A stretch of 64,000 bases of DNA from Pseudomonadota bacterium (GTDB taxonomy: Bacteria; Chloroflexota; UBA5177): the NCBI GenBank assembly GCA_021324655.1, contig JAJPIP010000062.1:38987-102986 (forward strand), given 5' to 3'. The notes beneath the pieces are model-generated. The model worked only from the letters and a program-made list of their open reading frames with translations, searched no databases and was not told the DNA's origin. Positions 30,184 to 38,309 of this stretch are shown here, piece after piece. Each line of letters begins with the position of its first letter. The stretch's first letter is position 1. The position numbers and the translations under genes are program-made.

Positions 30184-31030
30184 CGATCAAACGAGCCAGG
30201 GGAGCGATCTTTGGAAGAGCTACGTCTCGGGCAAGGTGACACGAGCCCAGCTATTGGCGGCAGTGGCCTCCGGAGCAGCGGCGCTGGCTGTACCGGGTGC
30301 CGCCGGGGCAGCGGGAGGGCCCCGCACGCTGTCCTTCCCCTTCTACCCGGCGGTGCAGGGCACCTACACGCCGGAGTCGATTCAGGACATCCTGAACAAC
30401 ATCGTGACGCCGGCGTACTATGCCATCTCCGGCATTACCATCATCCTCTCGCAGCCGTCCCAGTTCGGACTCTCCGGCCTTGCCTTGACCATCACGCAGG
30501 CCATCGCCGCCCAGGAGCAATACCACATCGACTTCTGGACCTCGAAGGGTGCGGTGCCGGTCACCACCTCATTTACAGCCCCTGCCTCCGTTCTGACGCC
30601 GGCCGGGGCGGCGGCAACGTCCGAGATCTCCGCCACCATCCAGACCGCCAATTTCATGACGGCGGCCCGCGAGTTCGCGGAACTGGGACAACCCGAGCTG
30701 GCCAAGTGGGCCTACCAGACCGGGGCGCAGGAAGCGGGGCAGCGGGTCGCCTATCGCTTCCTCGAGGCGCTCGGCGGGGCCACGGGTGTGCTGCCCAACA
30801 ACAAGGCGTTCGAGACCGACCTCTTCCTCTATACCCGTGACGCCATCAACGCCTACCGCCTGCTGGGATTGATCGGGGGTAACGGTACGCCGTACAGCTA
30901 CCCCGGACGTGATGCCGTCCTGGCTGCGGCCGGACCGATGGCGAGTGCCGTGCTGCAGCAAGTACCCAACAACGCGACCTCGAGTGTGACCATCACCGGT
31001 CCCACCAGCCTCACCGGCGAGCGGAGTTGA
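30176..31030 (+). CDS. exported ferritin-like domain protein
   Basis: Tat-like leader (VTRAQLLAAVASGAAALAVPGAAGA); ESIQDILN, AQEQYH, AAREFAELGQPELAK, PNNKAFE; AAGGAG RBS. Confidence 0.7.
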   Translation: MSDDQTSQGSDLWKSYVSGKVTRAQLLAAVASGAAALAVPGAAGAAGGPRTLSFPFYPAVQGTYTPESIQDILNNIVTPAYYAISGITIILSQPSQFGLSGLALTITQAIAAQEQYHIDFWTSKGAVPVTTSFTAPASVLTPAGAAATSEISATIQTANFMTAAREFAELGQPELAKWAYQTGAQEAGQRVAYRFLEALGGATGVLPNNKAFETDLFLYTRDAINAYRLLGLIGGNGTPYSYPGRDAVLAAAGPMASAVLQQVPNNATSSVTITGPTSLTGERS

Positions 31031-31353
31031 CCGACACGTATAGCAGCCGGTACCAGTGCTAGTCAAGACGGAAGCGGGGCAGGCATCTGCGAACGGCCTG
31101 CCCCGTCCGTTTATCCGGCGCGGAACGCAACGGGCGCACCTGCTGGGCGGACCTTTCGCGTGGTGCCCCGCTGCCGGCGTCGTCACTGGCCGCCATCGAG
31201 GCGGCCACCCATCTCTCAAAGAGGAGCTCACGCGAACGCAGTCCGTATGGCGAGGGCTCCGGTCTGTGTCTCCAGCGTCGGGGCTGCCTGGATGTCTCCG
31301 TACGAATCGGACCATTCCCTCTGCGGCCATAGGGAAGCGCGTACAGTGTGAGC

Positions 31354-32277
31354 ATGGATCACTTGTCAGGGCACGGCGATCATCACCACACACACAGTCA
31401 CCATTCGGACGACATCGATTGGACGGCGATGGCCGCCCAGCTCACCCTCGAGGCAGAAGTGCTCTTGCCGTATGTGACCGAGACGGCTCGGTCGGTCGCG
31501 GAGATGTGCCGGCAGGATGGGATCACGGTGCGGCGCATCCTGGATGTTGGCAGCGGACCGGGGGTGGCCGCCTGCGAGCTGGCGCAGCGGTTTCCCTCCG
31601 CTGAGGTCGTCGCGGCCGACGGGTCCGAGGCTCTGCTGGCAGCGGCAGCCGCGCGGGCGGAGAGCATGGGTCTGTCGCATCGAGTCTCGACGCGACATGT
31701 CGACCTGCCCGATGGGATCGGGAGTCTCGGCCGAGCGGATGTGATCTGGATGGCGATGGTGTTGCACCACATCGGCGATGAGGCGGCGATGCTGCGCCGG
31801 CTGCGCGGGATGCTCGATCCCGGCGGCATACTGGTGCTCGTGGAGCACGGCGACCCGCTGCGCTTCCTGCCCGATGATGCCGCGCCGGGGCCTCCCGGTC
31901 TGACCGCCCAGCTGGCCGCCGCCGACACCGCCTGGCTGGCCGACCTCCGCGAGGGTTTGCCCGGTGCCACGCCGTCTGCCGGGTACCCGGCGATGCTACA
32001 GGCAGCAGGGTTCGAGCCGGCCGTCGATCACGTGGCGCATGTGCGCCTGGCATCGCCGCTGCCGGCCGAGGGCCGCCGGCTGCTGCTCGGCCGGCTACAA
32101 CGAATGCGTGAGATCTTCGGCGCGCGTCTCAATGGGCCGGACCGCGACGCCCTCGACGTGCTCGTCGACGACGACCATCCGCTGGGGATTATGCACCGGC
32201 CCGATGCATTCCTCGACGCCTCCCGCCATGTGTACGTCGCCAGGGCGACGGAAGGTCCCGATGCACTCGGCTTGTAG
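31354..32277 (+). CDS. class I SAM-dependent methyltransferase with His-rich N-terminus
   Basis: MDHLSGHGDHHHTHSHH; ILDVGSGPG; MVLHH; LDPGG. Confidence 0.85.
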   Translation: MDHLSGHGDHHHTHSHHSDDIDWTAMAAQLTLEAEVLLPYVTETARSVAEMCRQDGITVRRILDVGSGPGVAACELAQRFPSAEVVAADGSEALLAAAAARAESMGLSHRVSTRHVDLPDGIGSLGRADVIWMAMVLHHIGDEAAMLRRLRGMLDPGGILVLVEHGDPLRFLPDDAAPGPPGLTAQLAAADTAWLADLREGLPGATPSAGYPAMLQAAGFEPAVDHVAHVRLASPLPAEGRRLLLGRLQRMREIFGARLNGPDRDALDVLVDDDHPLGIMHRPDAFLDASRHVYVARATEGPDALGL

Positions 32278-32283
32278 AGGCGA

Positions 32284-33420
32284 TCAGGCGGACAACCGGC
32301 CGTCGATGGCAGCGGCGGCGGCTTGCCGTGCCGAGCGGCGAGCCGTCATGAAGAGAGTCCGGCGTTTGGGAACGCGGTCGGTTGACCACACCCCGGGCGG
32401 CGCCATCGTCAAGACGGCCAGCCCGATCAGCACCGCATCGTAGTTGACCCGCCAGCCCACGAAGTCGCGCCATGCCTGGTCACGATCGGGCTTGAGCGGG
32501 ACACCGAGCGCGGCCAACTCGTCGCACACTGCGTCAAATTCCTCCCGTGAGACGCTGATGGGGCCGGCGGGCGACGGATCCTCGTTGAAGGGAATGCCGA
32601 ACGGGACGGCGACCCGCTGCAGGCACAGATAACCGGCTCGAATACACAGCTCGGCCCGGGGGTCACGGGGACGATCGAGGGCGGAGACGACCAGGCTCGC
32701 CGTGTCCAGTACCGCGCCGGCCGCTGTCACCCAGGAGCGTTTGGGCTGGGGCGACCGGTACAGGACCAGCGGCACGAGGGCGGTGTGGCTCTCCTCGACC
32801 ATCTCGAACCACTCCTGCCAGGTCGTCCAGACGTCGCTGATGTGGCCAAATCCCTTGATGAGGTGGTAGCGCTTGATCATCTTCAAGGGGGTCGGTGGCG
32901 TGCCGGCAAGCGTCTCGAGACCCGTCACGGCGCGCTCACGCTGCGAGAACGCGGAATAGATCGTCGGCAGGTAGGACACCAGAATGGCGCCAAGGAGGAG
33001 ACTCAAGACCGTCTCGGAAAAGGCGATGACGGTCCCGCCGGGAACGGCGCTGACGTTGGAGCCCAGGTAGAGCAGCGAGAGACGGCTCGTGGTGAGTGCG
33101 GTCCCCCAGGAATGAATCCCGAGCGACCAGTACAGCGCGGCGTACCCGACGAGCACGCAGGCCAGCCAGATGATGGGAAGGGTCAGCAGCGTCACCGGCG
33201 CATAGTACGCAAGGGCGTGCTCACGGCGCAGGCGGGAGGCGTGGCGCAGGGGGAGCTCGATAAGGTAGCGCATCACCACAAAAGCGCCGCGCGTCAAGAC
33301 GTCGGGCGCCGACCCGCGCGGCACGATAAAGGTACGCACCGCCGAGGAGAGCGCGCTCAAGATCAGGATGATGCCAAGGAGAAAGGCGAAACCCGAAACG
33401 ACGTCACTCAGAATGTACAT
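32284..33420 (-). CDS. conserved membrane protein (channel-like N-terminal TM region)
   Basis: ISYLP-like VSYLPTIYSAFSQRE, EESH..YRSPQP..SWV, RAGYLCL, DFVGWRVNYD; GGGAGG RBS. Confidence 0.75.
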   Translation of the reverse strand: MYILSDVVSGFAFLLGIILILSALSSAVRTFIVPRGSAPDVLTRGAFVVMRYLIELPLRHASRLRREHALAYYAPVTLLTLPIIWLACVLVGYAALYWSLGIHSWGTALTTSRLSLLYLGSNVSAVPGGTVIAFSETVLSLLLGAILVSYLPTIYSAFSQRERAVTGLETLAGTPPTPLKMIKRYHLIKGFGHISDVWTTWQEWFEMVEESHTALVPLVLYRSPQPKRSWVTAAGAVLDTASLVVSALDRPRDPRAELCIRAGYLCLQRVAVPFGIPFNEDPSPAGPISVSREEFDAVCDELAALGVPLKPDRDQAWRDFVGWRVNYDAVLIGLAVLTMAPPGVWSTDRVPKRRTLFMTARRSARQAAAAAIDGRLSA

Positions 33421-33486
33421 GCCGTCCCTCCCCTGCAAGATACTCCTGAAAATTGGTCATTGTCAAGGATGCGGGAAGGGAGCGGG

Positions 33487-33900
33487 TCACGTCGACTCGC
33501 CCGCGATCCAGGCGGCTAATCGCTCCTCGATCATATCGGCCGCGGCCTCAAACGCCTCTCGCCGGCCGGCACCCGGCACCAGAGCCGGATCCGGGATGCT
33601 CCAGTGGAGACGATGCTTCGCGCCGGGAAAGACGGGGCATGCCTCGTTCGCCGCGTCACAGACCGTGACGACATAGTCCCACTGCTCCCCGAGGAAGTGA
33701 TCCAGCGTCTTCGAGGTGTGTGTGCTGATGTCGACGCCGCGGCGCTGCATCTCCGCAAGCGCCTCCGGACGCACCTCCGTCTCTTCCGTTCCCGCGCTCG
33801 CCACCTCGAACCGATCGCCCGCCATGGCGCGCAGCAGGCCCTCCGCCATCTGACTCCGCGCCGAATTGTGCGTGCACAGAAACAGGACCCGCTGTTTCAC
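33487..33900 (-). CDS. arsC: arsenate reductase, thioredoxin-type (LMW-PTP fold)
   Basis: CTHNSAR P-loop; VTVCDAANEACP redox Cys pair; HWSIPDP; ars context. Confidence 0.92.
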   Translation of the reverse strand: MKQRVLFLCTHNSARSQMAEGLLRAMAGDRFEVASAGTEETEVRPEALAEMQRRGVDISTHTSKTLDHFLGEQWDYVVTVCDAANEACPVFPGAKHRLHWSIPDPALVPGAGRREAFEAAADMIEERLAAWIAGEST

Positions 33901-34589
33901 AGCTCCTCTCCCCCGATTCCAGGCACCGGCTGCTCTCCTCTCGCCAGCTCGTAGGTGAACGCGCCGAGCAGAGCACCGATAACAGGACCCAGCACGTAGA
34001 CCCAGTAATTGGTCCAGGTATTGGACATCAGAGCGGGGCCGAAGGAGCGGGCCGGGTTCATGGACGCACCGGAGATTGGCCCGCCGAAGAGGGCATCAAG
34101 GAGGATCGTGCCGCCGATGGCGAGGGCTGCCGCTTCCCCGGCGGCCCGGTTGTCGGTCGCGACGGCCATGATGACGAACATCAAAAAGAAGGTCATGACG
34201 GCTTCCAGAATCAACGACTGACCAGCGCCATGACCGGGGAGAGTCGTGCCGACGTGGGCGACATCACCGAAGAGGGCATGGAGCAGGAGGGCGGCGAGGG
34301 TCGCTCCCGCTAACTGCGCCAGCCAGTAGAGGGGGACACGCCGGAACGGGAAATGACGGGTGAAAGCAAAGGCAAGGGTCACCGCCGGGTTCAGATGCGC
34401 TCCTGAGATATGCCCCACGGCATAGACCATGACCCCGATGGCCACCCCAAAGGAGAGGGCGATGCCGACATGGGTGATCTGGCCATGGGAGATGGCATCG
34501 ATCATGATGGCGCCGCAACCGGCAAAGACCAGCGCAAAGGCCCCTACCATCTCAGCGAGGTAGGGGCCCAGTCGACCTAGCTGCAGCAC
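33897..34589 (-). CDS. MIP/aquaporin, NIP-like (AqpN type) arsenite channel
   Basis: HISGAHLNPAVT and GASMNPARS; probable GTG start at 34589 overlapping the Cys micro-ORF; stop overlaps arsC start. Confidence 0.9.
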   Translation of the reverse strand: MLQLGRLGPYLAEMVGAFALVFAGCGAIMIDAISHGQITHVGIALSFGVAIGVMVYAVGHISGAHLNPAVTLAFAFTRHFPFRRVPLYWLAQLAGATLAALLLHALFGDVAHVGTTLPGHGAGQSLILEAVMTFFLMFVIMAVATDNRAAGEAAALAIGGTILLDALFGGPISGASMNPARSFGPALMSNTWTNYWVYVLGPVIGALLGAFTYELARGEQPVPGIGGEEL

Positions 34590-34636
34590 GTTGGGTCGCA
34601 GTTGCAGCCGTCGCAACACGGGCAGGTGCAGTCCAT
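34577..34636 (-). CDS. 19-aa cysteine-rich micropeptide, putative metallothionein
   Basis: ATG GAC TGC ACC TGC CCG TGT TGC GAC GGC TGC AAC TGC GAC CCA ACG TGC TGC AGC TAG; AGGAGG 8 nt upstream; fills the arsM-aquaporin gap. Confidence 0.8.
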   Translation of the reverse strand: MDCTCPCCDGCNCDPTCCS

Positions 34637-34665
34637 GACATTTCCCTCCTTTCCGTCGTCGAGTG

Positions 34666-35556
34666 TCATCGGCAGCACGAGGACGAGCAGCCGCAGCCGT
34701 CACTGGTGACAGCGAGGGCCGTCTCTTCCACGGCGGACGATGTCGTGATCGGCTTGGTAGCGCGGATGAAGGCTCCGGCGATCTTTCCGTCGGCTGCCTC
34801 CCAACCCGATGGCAGTGTTGCCGTGTCGATTCCGGCATCCGCGATCCGGTAGCGGCGGGTGATGTCGACGCTGGCGCTGTCGAAACCAGCGTCTTTCAGG
34901 AGCTGCATGTACTCGTCCACGTCAAGTGCCCCGGCGATGCAGCCGACCCAGGCTTCCATGCTCTGCCGCAGGGCATCGGGAACCGGGCCATCGGTCACGA
35001 CATCGGCCACAGCAAAGTGGCCCCCCGGCTTCAGCACGCGGAACGCATCCCTCAGAACCAGTGACTTATCGGCCGCCAGGTTGATCACACAGTTGCTGAT
35101 GACGACGTCCACCGAACCGGCGGGAAGCGGGATGTCCTCGATGCGCCCCTTCAGGAACGCCACGTTCCGAACGCCCGCCTTCTCCTTATTCTGCTGCGCC
35201 AGAGCCAGCATCTCGTCGGTCATGTCAAGACCGTACACAAAGCCGGTGGGGCCCACGCGTTGAGCGGAGAGCAGGACGTCGATCCCGCCGCCGGAGCCAA
35301 GATCGAGGACGGTTTGCCCCTCCTGGAGATCGATAAGCGCGGTCGGATTGCCGCAGCCGAGGGAGGCGAGCACGGCTTCCGCGGGGAGCGTCTTGGTCTG
35401 ATCCGCCCCGTACAGATCGCGGGTCACACCGTCCTGCTGGAGCGGGGTGCAGCATCCCGTGTCACAGCATCCGGAACCGGCCTGCACTGCCCTGGCGGCG
35501 GCAGCATATCTATCTCGTACGTGTTCGGCGATTGTCTTGTCCGGCATGGTTGTCAT
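34666..35556 (-). CDS. arsM: arsenite S-adenosylmethyltransferase
   Basis: SLGCGNP, LDLGSGGGID, ISNCVINL, WVGCIAGA; Cys-rich termini; start could be 35562, 35556 or 35547. Confidence 0.95.
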   Translation of the reverse strand: MTTMPDKTIAEHVRDRYAAAARAVQAGSGCCDTGCCTPLQQDGVTRDLYGADQTKTLPAEAVLASLGCGNPTALIDLQEGQTVLDLGSGGGIDVLLSAQRVGPTGFVYGLDMTDEMLALAQQNKEKAGVRNVAFLKGRIEDIPLPAGSVDVVISNCVINLAADKSLVLRDAFRVLKPGGHFAVADVVTDGPVPDALRQSMEAWVGCIAGALDVDEYMQLLKDAGFDSASVDITRRYRIADAGIDTATLPSGWEAADGKIAGAFIRATKPITTSSAVEETALAVTSDGCGCSSSCCR

Positions 35557-35566
35557 CCTCATCTCC

Positions 35567-35587
35567 TATCGATAATCTTCGATGTAT
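35567..35587. promoter_or_regulatory. putative ArsR operator upstream of arsM
   Basis: ATCGA-TAATCT-TCGAT palindrome abutting the arsM RBS; matches the box upstream of arsR. Confidence 0.7.
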
Positions 35588-35603
35588 TGGGCCAAAAAAA
35601 TTT

Positions 35604-35963
35604 CTACGCGAACGGTTTGACCGCGCTGAGCAAGGACTTCCCCTCATCCGTCGCCCAGTAGTAGCTCCAGATGCCGCGCTTCTCCGTCTCGATGAGACCG
35701 GCGTCGCGCAGGAGTTTCAGATGGTGGCTGATGGTCGGCTGGTTCTGCGGGAACTGCGGTGTCAGGTCACAGACACAGATCGGCTCGGGCTGCTGTGCCA
35801 GGAGGTCGAGCATGCGCAGGCGGGTGGGGTCGCCGGCCGCCTTCAGACGGTTCGCCAGGAGGTCGCTCTTCTGGGCGGACAGGGCCGGCGCCGCAAGGCT
35901 GGCGCAGCACGGCTCGCTCTTGCGCCGCGGCGGGAGTCGATCAAGGACGGGGATGGCTGTCAT
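35604..35963 (-). CDS. arsR: ArsR/SmtB metalloregulator
   Basis: GDPTRLRML, ICVCDL, QPTISHHLKLLRDAGLI; extra N-terminal CC. Confidence 0.93.
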   Translation of the reverse strand: MTAIPVLDRLPPRRKSEPCCASLAAPALSAQKSDLLANRLKAAGDPTRLRMLDLLAQQPEPICVCDLTPQFPQNQPTISHHLKLLRDAGLIETEKRGIWSYYWATDEGKSLLSAVKPFA

Positions 35964-35969
35964 GCCTGT

Positions 35970-36000
35970 ATCCTAGCATATACATCGATGATCGTCAATG
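35970..36000 (-). promoter_or_regulatory. ars promoter (leaderless) with overlapping ArsR box
   Basis: TTGACG-17 nt-TAGGAT-6 nt-ATG; CATCGA-N6-TCAATG imperfect palindrome over the -35 and spacer. Confidence 0.75.
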
Positions 36001-36031
36001 GGTTCGATGACACCTCATCTCACCCGATTCG

Positions 36032-36766
36032 TTAGGGCACCTTCTCCCAGACGGACACATGGCTCGTGCTGTCGCTGGTGAACGGCTCCCTGCTCCAGCT
36101 GCCCCACCGCTCGGTCAATGTCATGCCCGCGAGCTGCGCCATCAGATCCAGCTCGGCCGGCCAGACATAGCGAAACGGCATCGCCACGGCGCTACCGCGC
36201 TCCCCCTCGACCCAGAAATGATGGGAGACGAGGCTCTGTGACACCGTGTCGTACTCGTCGAAGCCGAGCCTAGTGGGCGTGACCAGAAAGGGATGCACCG
36301 TTTCACCGGGTGGCAACCGCTGGAGCTGCGGCACCATGACCTCCACCACAAAGTGCCCACCCGATTCGAGATGGGCGGCCGCGTTCCGGAAGCAGGCCAC
36401 CTGCTCCTCCTGCGTCGTCAGATTCATGATGGTGTTCCAGACGAGGTAAACGAGCCGGAACGTCCCGTCGACTCTGGTCGTCGCGACGTCGCCGGCCGTC
36501 ACGTCGATGTCCTCGGCACCGGGCTTCGCCCGCAAGCGCTCCAGCATGGCCGGGGAGAGATCGATGCCGTGCATCCGTATGCCACGGCGGCTAAGGGGTA
36601 AGGCGACGCGCCCCGTCCCGATGCCGAGTTCGAGGACGGCGCCATCACCTGCCAGATCGGCGAGGAAGTCTACCGCCGGGTCGAGAGTCTCGGGAGCGAA
36701 CATCTCGGCGGACGTCTCGTCGTAGCGCGCGGCAACGGGTTCGTCGAAGTAGTTTGGCTTGGACAT
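36032..36766 (-). CDS. class I SAM-dependent methyltransferase
   Basis: VLELGIGTGRVA, NTIMNL, RYVWPAELDLMA. Confidence 0.88.
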   Translation of the reverse strand: MSKPNYFDEPVAARYDETSAEMFAPETLDPAVDFLADLAGDGAVLELGIGTGRVALPLSRRGIRMHGIDLSPAMLERLRAKPGAEDIDVTAGDVATTRVDGTFRLVYLVWNTIMNLTTQEEQVACFRNAAAHLESGGHFVVEVMVPQLQRLPPGETVHPFLVTPTRLGFDEYDTVSQSLVSHHFWVEGERGSAVAMPFRYVWPAELDLMAQLAGMTLTERWGSWSREPFTSDSTSHVSVWEKVP

Positions 36767-36784
36767 GAGCCGGCTACTCACCCG

Positions 36785-36958
36785 TCACGTGATCAAAGGG
36801 ATTACCAACGACCACGCGTATCGGCCGCGTTCCTCCCCTTCCCTCTGCAGCACCATGGCGACAAAGCGCGCGAGCGACGCGCCACGATCGACAGCCAGAT
36901 GTCTGATCTGCGGTAATAGATCAGCCGGCAAACTGACGGTGACGTTCTGTTGATCCAT
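36785..36958 (-). pseudogene. truncated CopG/RHH antitoxin-like gene
   Basis: MDQQNVTVSLPADLLPQIRHLAVDRGASLARFV ribbon-helix-helix pattern; GAGG RBS; no toxin partner. Confidence 0.55.
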
Positions 36959-37198
36959 GTGCCGCACCTCGTTCACGGAAAAAGCCTATCACGAAAAAAT
37001 GGGGAGGATGGACCGCGGCGGGGGTGCTCTTGCGCCGGTCGCAGCGCGGCAGAGAAAGGTGCAGAATTGGGTCTACAGGGGTTCCGGGCACCGGTTCACG
37101 CATCGCCGATTTCGGCTGGAACCCGGACGCCTTCACCGAAAGGCAGTGGGTCACGATCAGCGGCCAGATGGACCCCCGCCCGATCTAAGGAGGAGACC

Positions 37199-38305
37199 AT
37201 GGCGGTCCATGTACCCGTCACCACCACCTACCGTGCCGACGTGGTCGGCAGCCTCCTGCGTCCGCCGGAGCTGAAGCGAGCGCGCGAGCAGCTGGACGGT
37301 GAGGAGATGTCTCCCGCCGTGTTCAAACAGATCGAAGATCGTGCGGTTGACGATGCGATCGCGCTGCAGGGATCGGCCGGTCTGGACGTCATCACCGATG
37401 GTGAACTGCGGCGATCTTCCTTCTACGGACATTTCGTCGACGCCCTGGAGGGCTTCGATGCGCAGGGCGGCTGGGGCGTGAGATTCCGGGACGACACCGG
37501 AGATCAGCTTCTCCTGCGGCGGCCCGTGGTCGTCGACCGCCTGCGCCGGCGTCGCAGCATGTGCGCTGAAGAGTGGACCTATCTCCGGGCCCGAGCTCGC
37601 CGGCCGGGGAAGGTGACGATCATCAGCACCATGCAGGCGGCCTCGTACTACGAGCCCGATCGATCCCAGGACGCGTACCCCACCCGGGAGGCATACCTGG
37701 CCGATGTCGTGGCGCTGCTGCGCCAGGAGATCGGCGAGCTGGTGCGCCTGGGCTGTACCTATATACAGGTTGATGGGCCCGCGTACGGCTCCCTCGTCGA
37801 CGAGCGCATGCGGCAGGGCTACCGAGAGCGCGGCGCCGACCCGGATCGGCTGCTGGACGAGGCAATCGAGCTTGACAACGCCGTCATTGCCGGCTACCCC
37901 GGTATCACCTTCGCCCTGCATATCTGCCGCGGCAACAACCAGAGCCACTACTATGCGAGCGGAGGGTACGAGCCGATCGCCCGCGTCCTGGAGCGCACCA
38001 ACTTCCAGAGATTCATGCTGGAGTACGACACCGATCGCTCCGGCGGTTTCGAACCGCTCCGCCACCTGCCCGACAATCGCATTGCCGTGCTGGGACTGAT
38101 CACGACCAAAGCGCCTGAGCTGGAGTCGGCCGATGAGGTGAAGGCGCGGCTGCACGAGGCGGCGCAGTACGTCCCGCTGGAGCGCCTGGCGCTCAGCACA
38201 CAATGCGGCTTCGCCTCGACGATCGAGGGGAATCACGTGACGCCGGAGGATCAGCAGCGCAAGCTGGAGCTGGTAGCTCGGGTGGCCCACGAGGTCTGGG
38301 GGTGA
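37199..38305 (+). CDS. cobalamin-independent methionine synthase II family protein (single barrel)
   Basis: VVGSLLRP, ITDGELRR, LHICRGN, LEYD, TQCGFAS zinc ligands; AAGGAGGAG RBS. Confidence 0.9.
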   Translation: MAVHVPVTTTYRADVVGSLLRPPELKRAREQLDGEEMSPAVFKQIEDRAVDDAIALQGSAGLDVITDGELRRSSFYGHFVDALEGFDAQGGWGVRFRDDTGDQLLLRRPVVVDRLRRRRSMCAEEWTYLRARARRPGKVTIISTMQAASYYEPDRSQDAYPTREAYLADVVALLRQEIGELVRLGCTYIQVDGPAYGSLVDERMRQGYRERGADPDRLLDEAIELDNAVIAGYPGITFALHICRGNNQSHYYASGGYEPIARVLERTNFQRFMLEYDTDRSGGFEPLRHLPDNRIAVLGLITTKAPELESADEVKARLHEAAQYVPLERLALSTQCGFASTIEGNHVTPEDQQRKLELVARVAHEVWG

Positions 38306-38309
38306 CACC

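Noticed and set aside
34552-34641. Alternative small ORF MSWTAPARVATAATATQRAAARSTGPLPR from the ATG 5 nt upstream of the Cys peptide
   Set aside because: Only 3 nt from AGGAGG, too close for efficient initiation, and the sequence is featureless; the Cys frame has optimal spacing
34590-34838. 83-aa N-terminal extension of the aquaporin in the ORF track
   Set aside because: Overlaps the arsM 3' end and the Cys peptide out of frame; not MIP-like
37069-37175. Calling the MetE-II leader a SAM or cobalamin riboswitch
   Set aside because: Consensus core nucleotides not found by eye; kept only as an unassigned candidate
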